Origin: Antedon mediterranea | Lineage: Eukaryota; Animalia; Echinodermata | Assembly: GCF_964355755.1 (NCBI RefSeq) | Contig: NC_092675.1 | Location: 22,230,912-22,294,911 of the forward strand | Length of the DNA: 64,000 nucleotides | Reading direction: 5' to 3' | In this document: positions 15,506-30,000 of the stretch, one piece after another | How the letters are laid out: each line of letters begins with the position of its first letter | Position numbering within the stretch: the stretch's first letter is position 1 | Notes under the pieces: generated by a model | Database searches by the model: none | Told to the model about the DNA's origin: nothing | Seen by the model: only the letters and a program-made list of their open reading frames with translations | Position numbers and translations under genes: made by a program

Positions 15506-17299
15506 TGCAGGGTTAGCACAATTTCAAATGCAGTAACCCCATACTATAATGAAGATTATCTTTCAACTGCGGTCCGCGTTGTACTAAGACCTTTAGTAAC
15601 TCATCACCGTGTTACTACGTGTATTGGAACAAAATAATATTTTAACAAAAAAAAAAAAACAATATAAAAGCCAAATATTCATGTTATAATCTTTTAGACC
15701 TAATAATAATATTCACGATTGAATATAATGTTAAGGTCGACGATAATGTTAATTGGGTTAGTTACATCATCTAAATGCCATCTACATATTTTATGCAAGT
15801 TCATCATCCCATGGAATACTTTAATTCTCTTATGTATTGTATATTTATTAATTTTTATTGACGCAACAAAATTCTTTTCTTTTGTTAGGCGTGAAATATA
15901 TAAACTTCTAATCCTATTATATTTTCGTCTAATTAACGAAATTAACTTTGGTTTAAATAATGTGTATGTTTCGTTATTTTTAACATACTTCTAACGTAAT
16001 TGGGGAATTATTAGAGGGCTAGGGCGCATGGCCCGAGGAAATACTGTTTAAGTAAACGTGTGAAGTGGGTAAAGAAACAGATTACTTGACTGTACACGTG
16101 CCACCCCAGCGCAAGGTCGACTCACTATCAAGTCATGATTTTGAACACATATGCATGACTCCGCAAATAATGTTGACTTGACTAGAAAAAATATTGATGA
16201 TATGCCGTGAAGTGTGTTAGGAATATCATGAAGTTTGATGATTTTGGCATTTAATTTAATAAGTTAACTGCGTTGTTGAGGTCGGGGAAGGGGAGTTTGG
16301 CGACACCTCTTCCTTCTTTTAACAACTGAGCTAATTTGCGTTGATCTATGGATTTGGAATTTTATAGACTTGAATTACATTCATCTGATGTTGTATGTCG
16401 ATTTGCATTTGCATTTCTGTCATTTTTTCGAGTAGTCATAGCATAGGCCTATGGTAAGAATATAGAAAAGAAGATAAGGGTATGTGACATTACATGTATT
16501 TGTTTATTTAAATCACAGCTATACATCAGATATAATATTTGGTTATTTGTACATAAATTGAAAAGGTGTAACAAAATCACGACGATAAAACATTGATTTT
16601 TTCTTAAAATTGTCAAATACAAAATTTACCTTTCATTTCAAGCAGGTATATTATACTGGTTCAATTCATGATGCCACATCGTTTTTATAACATTTGTGTG
16701 CAAAAGAATAGGGATTGACTTCATGTTCAATTTGGACTATCTCACAAAATCGTGTAATGTACACATTTTTGAAAATATAAAACATAGAAAACCTTAAATG
16801 TATGATCAATATAATAGTTTTGACCGCACTTGGTCAACTGTAACATGAAGAAACATTGTACGTTTAAGTAAACCCACGTAATTCTAGTTGGAATAAGCCT
16901 ATAAGATATGACCACTAGTGCTTTGAACCTAAAAGATATCGGAAATAACTGAAACAATATACAGATCTTATTGCTAATTAAACACTACTCCAATCTTAGG
17001 CCACTACACCTCCAATTATAGAATTCGTTTCTTCGTCTATCGTTTACTATAAACCATGCTATTTGATGAAAGATTTTAAGATCAAATCTGTTGTCCAAAA
17101 GCCATGTTATAAGAAGTTCTTTGACCAGCAGTTTTAGCAGGCGCTGTAGGAGAAATACTGGAGAGGAAAGGGTGTTGTATAAAAACGAAATATTGTGTAT
17201 ACACAGTAGCAATGATAACAAAACAGTGAAGACTATTATAAAATTCATCTCTTCTTGACTCTATAGCAATAAGTAGTTGAACAAATTTATCGATAAATA

Positions 17300-17660
17300 T
17301 GGCATTAGTGAATAAGTTGATAGCAACAGTGGCCTATTAATTGGTTCGTTGTCAATATATAAGTTTAGGCGACATTTGTAGATATTGATTCATTGTGAAT
17401 AAGTTTATAGCGACAAATCAATTGAAGGCCAATATGATATTCATTCGTTGTGAATATATATATATATAGGTTTAGCGACATAACCACTTGTATGATATTA
17501 GTTCGTTGTGAATATATTTATATATTATTGATCGACATTTTACTTGTGTAGGCCTATTGGTTCGTTGTGAACTTGTTGATATTGGTTCATTGTGAACAAG
17601 TTTCTAATAGCGACATATTACTTATATGATGATATTCGTTCGTTGTGAATATAAGTTAAT
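17300..17660. repeat. Degenerate ~50-bp minisatellite
   Basis: About 7 recurrences of ATATTGGTTCGTTGTGAATATAAGTTTAGCGACA-like units. Confidence 0.7.
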
Positions 17661-18019
17661 ATACTAAATAGCGATTATCAGATTATAGGCCTAAACTAAT
17701 TAAAATTGACAAATATATAATCTTCCGTTTAGTAAACATTTTTCTGCCTTTGGGTCAACTATTCTTATTAATTATACCATAGAGATATTAAAAAAGAATT
17801 ATAAAATCTTTTAAATAATACTCTTTACGGTTATAATTAATTTATTGTATTTTCACGCCAAATAAACTCCCCAGTGTGTACATTACGGATACGTTCGGCT
17901 AATTGTGCCTTTAATCTATTTATGAAACCAGGGATATGTGTAATGAAATTATGTTGTTATAATTACGAATGACAGGTTAGGATATACGGTAGTGGCCAAT
18001 ACGCCATTCACACCAGGCT

Positions 18020-18100
18020 AAACCTATGTTCACACTGCTCCTGGATTTGGTCCGGTGAACGGATAAAACTTGAATCCGGTCTCAGTGAGAACGTAGGTTA
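18020..18100. mobile_element. Small (~80-bp) hairpin MITE
   Basis: AACCTATGTTCACACTG ... CAGTGAGAACGTAGGTT imperfect terminal inverted repeats. Confidence 0.5.
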
Positions 18101-18934
18101 GGGAAAAATAGCAGGAAGTGCAATCTTTAAATGTATTTACTCAAGTTAAACCATTTATTACATTTATTTATTTTAAAAAACAAATAATATACATAGCGTA
18201 CAAACGCAGTACAAACTTCACATGACGAGAGTAAACCCTGTATTTTCTACCAAATTAGTAGGCTTATGTTATGAGGCTTATGTGGTGCATATCAACCATG
18301 TACTGTAGCCAGGACTTTAACGTAGGCCTATAGTCTGGTATCGCCAAACACGCATGTCAGTTACAAAACTGTTCCATTGTTTACTATGGTACCGTATTAA
18401 ACATTCCAAACTTACGCCTTGTTTTAATGATTTTTTTAAAATTTGGAATTATAATAGAACTGTTATCACAACAAATCGAATCAATGCAGAGGACCGTTGT
18501 AGACCAACCTACGTACGCTAATTATAGTATGGCGACTGTAACCTGTAACCTGTAGTGACCGACAAGATTTGGCCAGGTACTGACCACTAGATCGTTGTCC
18601 TTTTAAACGAACGGAAAACTTTGACTGACCCATGAAGCAGCGACAAGCAGGCACTCAAATTTAGGAAATGAGGATTTATTTATATTGATTGGTTTCCACG
18701 ACTTTGTTAATTGCACGTGAAGTCAGCAGCAAACTACTGACAACTATCACTAAATACTTCTGAATGAGATGTCATGATGATAGAAATTCAATATTTTGAA
18801 ACAGTGTGTTGTTTTTACGTGTCGCAATGAAAAAAGTAATTATACTGCACTAATATAATACAACTATGATTTCGGTCAATAAGTTTCTGACCACATTCTA
18901 AATGTATTCGTACTTTATTTACAACACATCTGGC

Positions 18935-19325
18935 TTATTTATTTATTCTTTCTTTTTGACTGGATTGCATTTTCAGTAACGCAGTACTGCTTTCCAAAAT
19001 AGTCCAGTTATAAGTTTCAAAGTAAATAAAAAGTATAACATATATAAATACATAGTAGGCCTAATTTAAAAGATATATACATATACACAGAACAGTTAAA
19101 AACAAATAAAAATAAATAATGTAGGATCACTTAGATCACATTAGAGTTGCTATAGGCCTATTTGTTGAGTTTATAAATATTGTTTCCAGTTACTTTCGTT
19201 CTAGTTTCAGTTGGTAAAAGATTCCATTCTTTTGTTGCTCTGTATTTGAAGGTTCTTTTACCTTGAGCATTTTTCCAGTTTGGTGTTATTAATGTTTTAC
19301 AACTTTGGCTACCGGTGTTTGTTAC
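18935..19325 (-). mobile_element. CR1/L2-group LINE 3' fragment
   Basis: Minus strand translates to TLITPNWKNAQGKRTFKYRATKEWNLLP, matching the R-F-Y...WN-LP C-terminus of CR1/L2 ORF2. It is followed by a 3' UTR ending in (AATA)n near 18935-18950. Confidence 0.65.
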
Positions 19326-20522
19326 AACAATAGCATAAATTACATTGTACCCACAATGAACCTCGATTAGCAGACTTTCTCCGTTATTGCTTGCATTATA
19401 ATATAATCATGCATAATAGAGTGCAACTAGCGTCATCACACAAGTCATAATTTTACATCGTTGTCATTATCATACACTGGAATGCATATTATTTTTTGTG
19501 TATAATAGATTTATATACGTCAACATATATATTTATGTCTATAAATTGGTTCCTGGCCTCTAAGGCGGGACCAATGTAAAGGAACCACAGAGTAGGTCTA
19601 AAATGTTCAATAAGACAATGCATTGCTTGAATTAATTTTAAATATTTAGTGAGGCCTATAAGTTAAAATATAAATGTACCTGTACAACCGATACAACGAT
19701 ATTTTAGAATATTTGATTTGTTGACAAGATTTGATTGAATAAGTCAATAGATGATTGATGTGATGATATATCACGTGATGATATGAGTGACGTATGACGC
19801 ACGATGACGAGGCTGAGCATACATTAAGTACTATGATTTGTGAAGCATTGCATGCCACGTTCTCTCAAATCTTGCGATCTTTTACTGTCTAAGGGGGATT
19901 TACTGCAAACACTTATGATTTAGTTCTGACCACTGTGAGGGTCATCTAAACGAAAATGCGCAAACCAGCACACGTGAAAATACACAATAATCATGAACGA
20001 CCGCTCCAGGGAGTAAACTAATATAAATACATGTTTTATAAACTGTTCTAATAGTATAATAAACATGGTTCTGAACTCAAACAGTATTTGCGGCTTCCTT
20101 TGTTCACCGGGGCCTTAAATACCGGTACATTACCCTGAAATGTGCAGGAAACCCATATATAGGCTCTTTAATCCCTATACTAAGGTTTCCTGGAAAGTCA
20201 TAATTGTATGCATAAAATAGGATTTTATTCAATGATGAAACCTTTTAAAAACATAATACAACTTAATTTAATTTATTTAGGACTATCGTTGACCTACCGC
20301 GTAGTATGCTTAGATGATGTATATGAATTGAATTAAATAACCAGCGGCAATGTTATACTATATAATCTCCATTTTGAAATGAGTAATTATTTATTTCATC
20401 CATCAATCAATCAATTGATTAATCTATCAATTAATAGAATAATGCATTGATTCACTAATTATGTTTTTATCTAAAATCTATGAATCATTCGAAATAGAGC
20501 TCCCTCACATAAATTAAATACT

Positions 20523-20682
20523 AAGTTGGTTCCCACTAGGACGTAACGCAAGGACGTAAACGCAGTGCAAGCGTGTTGACCAATGACAAGCGACAGTTCG
20601 AATAATCCATCGCTTGTGATTTGTCAACTCACTTACGTTGCGTTACGTCCTTGTGTTGCGTCTCTAGGTGGGAACGAAGCAT
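20523..20682. mobile_element. Palindromic MITE, family A (best-preserved copy)
   Basis: GTTCCCACTAG...CTAGGTGGGAAC termini, with internal inverted arms (GCAAGGACGTAA/TTACGTCCTTG, TTGACCAATGACAAGCGA/TCGCTTGTGATTTGTCAA). Confidence 0.75.
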
Positions 20683-23600
20683 TAACGGTGACACCACGTA
20701 CACAGGCGTGCGCAGTGCTCTGCATAATCTTGGGGAAATATATTGTATGTGATTGTAATAAACATTTTGAGGTAATCGGTCAAAAAGGAGAACATAAAGG
20801 GCAACAACTTACAGGGTCATCAACATAGTATAGTCCTATGTACTATTAATGATGATTAATTATAATTATAGGCCTAACCATCGTATAGCCATAACAACAA
20901 CATTTTAACGTCATTTATAATTGCCGTTGGTAGGCCTAAATTAAGTAAATACGTGTTCTGATGACATGGGTATACCCATGTTATAACATAGAATGATTAC
21001 TGTTATTTTACCAGTGAACACAGGCACATTCCAGATTATTATTATAATAATTTGGCACTTTCCCTGCATTACATAATGGCCAGGCCTAATGATTATAAAT
21101 TTGATTGCAAACCGTGGGAATGAATTTAACGAAACACAAACAAAGAACAGACTCCCGGAAAGAAGTTTCTACAAACGTTTGTATAGGACATTAACGAATA
21201 AAAATATTTCCCTTAAAATAATTTGCTTAATTAATTGTCTAAGGTCTAATTAATTATGATAATAGTGAGTGACATTTATTTTGACTTATCTACTCTTAAT
21301 TTATTGTTCACTTTTTGTTGTTGTTAATTAAGCATGTGTATAATAATGGATCACAGTGATTAATCACAAAAGACTAAAATAGACAACGTCTTGTTCATTC
21401 AATAAATTAGGTCTAAATGTATACAATCGTTAAAAATAGTAAAACATAACCGTAACAATAAAAAAAAGTCTATTTCCGAACTAAAATCTAGCATATTATG
21501 TATATTATTATTTGTTTAATCATAGAGAAGGTGGCTTATCAAAAATATTGATTGAAATACACAAGAAGAGTGAATTGTAGTCTTATAATTTTACTCTTAA
21601 TCGGTACACTTAATTAATGATTTTTCATTATACTGTACATGTATCGTAGGCATATTAAATACAATAAACCGATTATTTGTATTTCTGTCAAATGTTAAAA
21701 TGATGTAGGCCTATTGCTGATATGTTTAAGCATTGATACTACAGTATTTAGACCTGTACATTGTAATCAGAAAGACAGAAATGTTGATAATTTAGGCTAA
21801 TCGTATCTTAAGTTTTAGATTATGCTCGTAGTTTATTTCTTGGGTTATTTCTATCATTTTGCTTTGTCATCAACATATTATGTACGCCTCACAAGCTTTG
21901 ACAATCATTGCAAACAATTTGAATAAATTTCGAACCAGAAATTACTAGACACTAATTTAATTTAAGTTTTGAGATCTGTCAAAATAGTTTTACTTTAAAA
22001 AAGAACTTTCGTCGATTTTAGCATCACAAAGTTTTCGTGGATTATGGTAATTCTCTAGGCCTATTTTGTTTTTACAATTGTTATTATAAAATTAAATAAT
22101 TTCAAAAAATTAATTTTATGTGCAGTGCAGTGAAATGAAGAAACCAGAAAGGTCTAGGCCTAATGCGACCCCAGATTACATTATTCCAATAAATTATTTG
22201 TTTTTATATTGTAGCTTATGCTTATATAATGCACATAAAACCATAAAAGTTGAATACGTGTACTAGGCCTATAGTAACTATTTCTAATAATAAAGCGATT
22301 CATCTTTAGTTGTCTTATTTCTAAGGTCATAATTTGTCAGAACAGTAGGCCTACCGGGTAGTAGGCCTAGCTGTCAAAGGCGCGGGGGTAAACCCGACAC
22401 CCAGGACCTTCCACTGTTTCTTTCCTTGTTTGTCTCTCCAAACCTTATTTTGTACCATCATATCAGCCTTGGTCGATGTTCTTTTAAAAAGTATGCACAG
22501 TGTATATCTAGGCCTATAAAAGTTACCTATTCTGCGGAAAGAGGGCACTGTGTAAGGTTGAATGAGCGAAGTACACTATTCGTAGGCCTAACTATTCGTC
22601 AGCAACTTTTCTCCACTTTTGCTTCATTTAACTTACCGTTTTAAATTTCCTTTGCTGAGTTACTTTGTCTTTCGGTAGTTTCGCTATTGTTACGCCAGAC
22701 AAAATACAAACTATATGTCCTATATACCGTGGTCTAGGTCAAGCTTTTGAAATTAAACAGACTTATATTGTAAATTAGATAACAGCGGTGAATTCAGTAC
22801 AAACAATGTAAATTGAGGAGATAAAAATGGTTAATTAAATTAAAAAATTAAAGATTAAACTTATTTGATTCAATAGAATATAGTAGATGCAAATTTACCA
22901 TCAAAGTTTTTATTTGATAAACTAAAGCGACTCAATAGCAAACATTTTAATTGTAGCCGTTTTACAAGCTTTTGATCTAGGCCCTCAAGTTTATTTTCTG
23001 AAACACCAAACCGGGCGCCGATACCAGGTCTAGACTTAGAAAGACCATTCAAATATGTCATCTAATTTTGAAATTTCATTGTGTGTCATTTTAAAAGTCA
23101 ATGGCACTAGAATAATTTCATAACTTAGTGATCAGAAAAACTAAAATTATAAATCGTGAAACAGCAAAAAATCTCATTTTGTTAAATTATCAGAAAACTT
23201 ATTATTTAAAATTGAGAGAAATGAGTTTGTCAGTCTCGTAATAGTCGGCTGTCCCCGGCGGCAATGATGTTGATGGTATCACTTTTTTTTAAAATGAAGT
23301 TAACCGCCACACAGGAAATACTGCTGTCATAAAACGTGTGAAGAACTCAACTCAATGACCTATGGTCGGAACTCAGCTTGCTTTGGTCTTAATTTTTAGC
23401 GGCCATTCTAGCCCAGCGCATTTATATGAAATTAAATCAAAACAATATTGTTCAAAGCATCCCTAAGCGCCTTCAATTATATCCAGTGTATAAACTGTTT
23501 GAGAAGGAATGACCAGAAGCGATTGAAAAACGTTATTATCTTCTTAGCTTAGGGTGACATATGACAGGTAAATTATCAAGGACTTCATTAGGCCTTTTAC

Positions 23601-23900
23601 GTCAATGAAAATATGGATGATGTTCATTAAAATGTCTAGCCTAGCTCAATTCCGACTATCCCCCTTCACGATGCATGCCAACAGCTTGGTAACATAAACC
23701 GCCACACCGATATTGGTAGGCCTATACTTTGTAAATGTTAGACACAGATTTCGAGCCTATCAGAGCAATTCGATGAAGCATAAAACCGATATTTAATTAC
23801 ATTTGCAAACAAATTTATATCAACTTTTATTCTATTTCAGGAGGAGGTTATAGTATGTCATTCCACCAAACGGAAAACCATAATAATGTCTCTATATGAG

Positions 23901-24045
23901 AAAACAAAATGTACGGTAGGGTATACTGTAGGCCTACTCAACTACCAGGGAAACAAAATGTACGGTATGGTCTGTAGGCCTACTCAACTACCAGGGAAGC
24001 AAAATGTACGGTAGGGTATACTGTAGGCCTACTCAACTACCAGGG
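23901..24045. repeat. Three tandem copies of a ~48-bp unit
   Basis: CAAAATGTACGGTA..CTGTAGGCCTACTCAACTACCAGGG three times head-to-tail. Confidence 0.9.
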
Positions 24046-27000
24046 AAGGGTGTGATCTTCTTTTACCTGCTCAACAAATGAAATGCTGTGTCCTAACAGT
24101 AACAGATGTAAGCATACATTTAATATATCGGAAACAGTTATCAAATTAATACGTTAAAAATTAGTTTGAAAATGTGTGTATAGGAGTCCTAACATTTCAG
24201 TGTGTGTGTGCGTGCGTGCGTATACAGTAGGCCTACAATCAAATAGGCCTATAACTAATTATTATAATATTCTTGATAAAGAAAGAAATGTCGGACGAAC
24301 GAAATAATGTAAAAATGGTTAAAGGCATATATTTGGTTTATTTTTTCAAGTTAATGGAGAGGCTTGATAGGGTTTGCACATTCTCCAAACATCATATTGT
24401 TTTGCCTGATGAAATGGCTTTATATTTAGTGTTTAGGCCTAGTAATAGTGTAGTGAGCAACTAAATCATGTAGGCCTACTACACCAAATATGGGACGGTT
24501 TTAATAGGTTCGTTATAAATATATATATAGGCCTACTTCCTATAAGTATTGGCATTGAATATGACAGTTTTGTAAGGATAATTTTCTTTTACTAGCTGTC
24601 GAATTATTTCCTGTCAATGGGAATTGCTTATTCATTCTAATGCTAATCGAAATAAAGTTATTCGTGTATGATAATTAAATAAAACCTAAAATTTGCTCAC
24701 TAGTGATTTAAAATAGTTAAGAAAACACGCAGCAAAATTCATGATTTTTTTGGCGATAAGAAATTGAGTAACAGTATTACATGGCTTGGTATTTCATACA
24801 TGGAGTCACGCTTGTGATGCATATAGCCTATTACCTATATACGGTGACTTACATGTCCAAAATATTCATCACAAATTATAAAGGTTGCCACTGCTGTATA
24901 TAACAACTAAAATGATTTACATTTTGTCTAGTTATGATATCAACATGAACATCAGATCTTCTTTATCAGACAACTAAAATAATGTAAAGATCAAAACTAG
25001 AATAAGAAACCGATTAGGCCTACATCTACAGTAGGTTGTGGATGATTGCTTGTCCGTAGTAACACTTACCATAGTATTTCTAACTAACCATGCCAATGCC
25101 TTATTGTTTTAAAAATGTTGTAAAAATCGCATGTAAAGATTTAAATTAGGCCTATTTTTTTTTAATACTCGGATTATTTGAAGCAACGTACTTCGAGGTG
25201 CTTTAGTTTCCGTTGAGATGATAGCAGGTACGGAAGGGGTCGGATCCAGAATAAGTGACCAGTTGTGTGTCAGGTTTATTTCATTCATGATTCTAAAAAT
25301 TGTAAAAAAAAAACATAAGCTAAAAAAAATAAAGTTCAATTGCATTAGTACGTCGTATTAAATTATAGAAATATGTGAAAATGAATGTTTAAAAAAAATA
25401 ACAAACAAAACAAAGAGTTATTATAGGCCTAAATGCAACATTATCACTTCGTGGTGGTATGTTTCAATCGTCGTAAAATTATGAGATTTGGTTCGATGAT
25501 CAAGTGCATGATTTACACATTCACTTACAAATAACAACATTGTTTACATGTGATGAAATGTCTTTGATTAGTGGGCATATAATAATAAATTAAGTGAGAT
25601 ATAAACCTCTGCAATCTCGACTCTCTTAACTGTGCATACCAAAAACAATCACAGTGAAAAAATATGTGTAATATTTACGTTCAATGACTCCACCATACCA
25701 ATATTAATTTATCATCATCATACTCTCAGTGCAATAAAACGGTTTTTCGCAAGTATAATTGGATGTTATAAAAATTGTTTTTATAGAGAATTGCCTTGCA
25801 CATAGTTAATGACAAGTGCCATAAGATTATATAAAGTTTGTCTGTCGACTATTTTTATCACTCTCATAGCGTTCCATAACAACGCCTTTTATTGACATTG
25901 ACAAACAGAACTTGTTTGAACTTACTCGATTTGCATTTGTTTTAAATAATAACTTATAAATAGAGCGAATAATTTGCTACGTAATAGCACTTTGAGTATC
26001 ATCTGCCGCGTTGATTTGTCTTGTTTTAGCTTTGAACAGCTCCGCGACAGGACTTAGGTAAATACTGGTTTATTGCGGTAATTTCGTTATGTTCTTGTTT
26101 GAGATGTCCATTTTGTATTGGTTTAAAATATTACTTATTTACCACGTTTGGTCATTATTATGAATACTGAAACAACAATAATCACCAATCATTCTGCAAC
26201 TGTTTTGCAAGGCCTATTACGTAAGTAATTCACTCATGTAGGATAAAACGAATTATACGGTAACCATTAAAAAAAGTATAGGCCCTATGCATCCATTTTA
26301 TTCAGTTTCGTTACTTCTTGTATTAACACAATGTATTTGTTTTAACTGTTGGCTAATGTGAGTCAATATAGTCTATAATAAATTAGGTAGGTCTACAGGT
26401 CGAAGTTCAAATGTCAGTGGATATTATTGAACTATAATATTTTAGTAACACTTTGACAGTTTTGTATAGGCGGCCATTTTGTATGGTTCAAAAATTAATT
26501 TGTACTGGAGACTTTTCGTAAGCAATTTTGTTCTTCGATTTTCACAATTGATGATTTTATGATAGCAACTATTGCTAAATGAGATCACAAACGGACCCGC
26601 AAAACAAACACATTAAACACACATTTTAAGAGACCTATAAAATAACATATCATAAAACCTGGTGTTATAAATGGTGGATATATACTGTTCATAATGGATG
26701 ATAAAATCAGTTCATCGAACTTTCAAATAATTTAAATAAATTATTGATAAAATTTCAAAATACAATTACTAAAATCACGATATAACATTGTAAAATAATT
26801 GGAACACGCACCACGACTGTGTAATTATACACAACCAGTGCTTATGAGATATGATTATTTCTCTGTTCACTCACTTTTCTACCATATGTCTACTCTCTAC
26901 AGCGACATTTTGTGGTGGATCATTTTACCAACTAAAAAATCTGTCTTTGTTTAAGTGTACACTCAGATTCTTCCAGGTAATGTAATGTATGTTTATCCCT

Positions 27001-30000
27001 AATATCACACCTTTCTAGCTATAGAAAACACAATAAAGAATAATATATCTTTATACCCGCCGCGGCCCTAATTATTACCGAAAATAAATCAACTTTGATG
27101 CGGCGCTTAATGGACAGCGGCGGTTGATCTATTATTTGCGGTTCATCATTTGCGGTAAAAACTAAACAAAATCCACACAGCTCAGACGAAATGAAAACTT
27201 TTCAAAACGTAGAGGGCGCGGAAAGTTTTTATAAAGCATCACAATGCGGATGCATTACATGATACTGTGAATATTTATCAGTGTGGTTATGATCAAATGT
27301 ATAATTTAATTTAATTTATAGAGGCAATGACTGAGAATAGTAGTAGTATACCGTGTATTAAGATAAAACAAAGTGTAGTTATATAATAATAAATATCCAT
27401 ATACATATCGAACGCGGTGGTAGATCATGAGCAAACAAAACGAGCTAGAATCAGCAGAAACTAGATGGAGAGAAAGGCTCCCAGTCATTTCAGTACGAAA
27501 ACTTAGTAAGAGCCTTTGTAGGCCTACTCAATTTAGAATAAATAGCATTTCTAAATTTGTGTTAATCTGTTTGATAACAGACATTGTTGTATTTAAATAA
27601 GAAAAATACTTGTGTAGGCTAAATACGATCAGACGAAGATTAAGAAAGTCTGAAATTGTGTGTACATGAACTTATAGTGAAGAGAAGTATAGAGCTAATA
27701 TTACCCAACATAATATGAAAGTGATTGCATTGTTTTGTTTTTTTTGTTTTTTTCTAGAATCGTACAGACCTTGTATGTAACGGTCGAATAAACGAACAAA
27801 TTGGGAGAAATTAACTAACACGCATGGTAAGGTGTGAAAGACACTTAACAAAACAAAAATAGAAATATTTAAAGGTTAGAATCCCAGTTTTATGGGGCAT
27901 CATACGAACCCAGGAAGGAATTAATCAGTAGCATCGTATTATCTTTAGTGGCCTCACTTTATACAGATGTACGCCTGAATTGGCCGATGACAGAAAAATG
28001 CCACACAATCTACACATCCAGTTTAACTTACATAAAACCATCAGAAAACATGCGAAGTCATTTTGAACAAGGTAGTTTAAAAATGACCACTTCCTCGTAA
28101 TATGTCAACAGGTTGTTTATGTACCGCCATCTTTAATTAAAACATCCAACACTTCTTGTTATACATGTATTTTACTTGAGTGTAGCGTTTTACGTTAGGA
28201 CATCTATCAACATTTGTGTATGCCTACGCCAAAGAAACGAATCCTCGATACAGTCAAATCATTGCCGTAATATGTTTTTACCCATGTGGCACTCCATACT
28301 TGAGTATTCTGGAGAATAAAGAATCAAGAAAGAATTCAAAATAAGAATATCGCCTTAGAAATCGTTGGAAGTTTGAATGAAAAACTAAAAACGAATTGTT
28401 ATCACTATAAGTAAAAAGTATAGACCTACTGAAAGAACAAAAGGTAAACATGCAATAAAAGAAAACATTTTTTAAGCTGAATTTAAGCTGCCATAAAATC
28501 TAAGAATATCATGAACTGCTTATAGGTCTATGACGGGAAGGTAAGGAGGTGCAACAGGATCCAGAGGCCTTCTGTCAAAACAATAACTATATAGGCCTAG
28601 ATCTAAATGGCAATGCTGGCAGGCGTTGATGGCCAATAACGTTTTAACAATACTCGCTATATTAATGACACCATACTTTGAGCACGGTTTGTACTGTGGA
28701 GCTTAATTAGTAGACAAAGTCCAATCTAATTTAAGAGGAAGTAATTCTATTTATATTATCCTATACCAACATTTATACAGAGCATGATATAACTTGTCGT
28801 TTTCCCACTCAGGCTCTCTACAACAATTGTTGGATTGCTCTAAATCAATTTGTCTTGTAACGTAAATACACCGTACATTTCTAGATTGATTAAAATACGT
28901 GTTTATAACTCGTCGTTGTACCTTACAAATTGATTTTTGCAGTTAAATATACAGTTGTACCATACATAAATACAAAGATCGAACAAGAGTCATAGTTATA
29001 AATGTTTGAGTGAAACGCGTTTCACAGTGACGTCTGACACGATATATTCCCATGCATTCAACATGCACTAGTAGCGGAGTAGTTGAGCAAATTATGTTTA
29101 CATTTTAAGAAGTTGAGTTGAGTTTATCTTTAATCCAAAGAATAATAAGAATAATATTAAAATTACCACATATCTGGATAATTTTTACTCAATTATTCAT
29201 TTTTGTGGAGATAGAGAAACGTTTAATTTTTTTATCTTTATTCTTGTAATGTTTACCATTATCATTATTGTTTTGCTGATGCATTTGATTTAAATGGGGT
29301 ATTTTATAGTCTCTTTTAAGGGTAAGATTGGAATTCAATAGTAGACATTGTTAAAAATACGATTATAATTATATTAATACAGGTAAAAAGGTGTTCTATC
29401 CAGGGCTGTAGATATTCAAAGGTCAAGTAATCCAGAATACACCTAACCACAATTCCTGGGTTCGAAATTCCTTCGAGACAAAATACCTGAATGGATGACT
29501 AACATACTCGGTTAATCCCACTTCAAACCTGTATATCAATTCTTCAATTGTTCTCTCTCAAATGGCATCCGTCTGTCGGCCCACCTGACGTTAGATACCT
29601 GGCCATTAATTTGCGACTTCAAATCAATTTACATCTATCCCACCTGGACTGATCATTACCTTTTCTATACAATACAGTGAATAATTGGGATTGCAGACAA
29701 GTTAATTACTATGGCGCTACCAGTTCCTTTTGAAGTGTTCCGACTCCCTGAAAGTTACTGGGACATTTGCGCCATCCATTACGCCGTCACGTGAAGGATA
29801 CCTGTCCCCCAAGGACAGGCGTATCGTCCACCTATTTCCACATGTTTTACCTAATAAAACCAAAAAGTTGTTGAGGGCGATATGTTGCCTAATGTTATCC
29901 GTATTTGGAAAAAGCGGAAGTATAAAACTTATATTGTTGATAATAAAATGTTATGTATTTATTTTATAAACGGCCTCAGACCTAAAGGAAATACAGATTA

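Noticed and set aside
23901-24045. Three ~48-bp repeats as a CRISPR array
   Set aside because: Head-to-tail tandem copies with no unique spacers.
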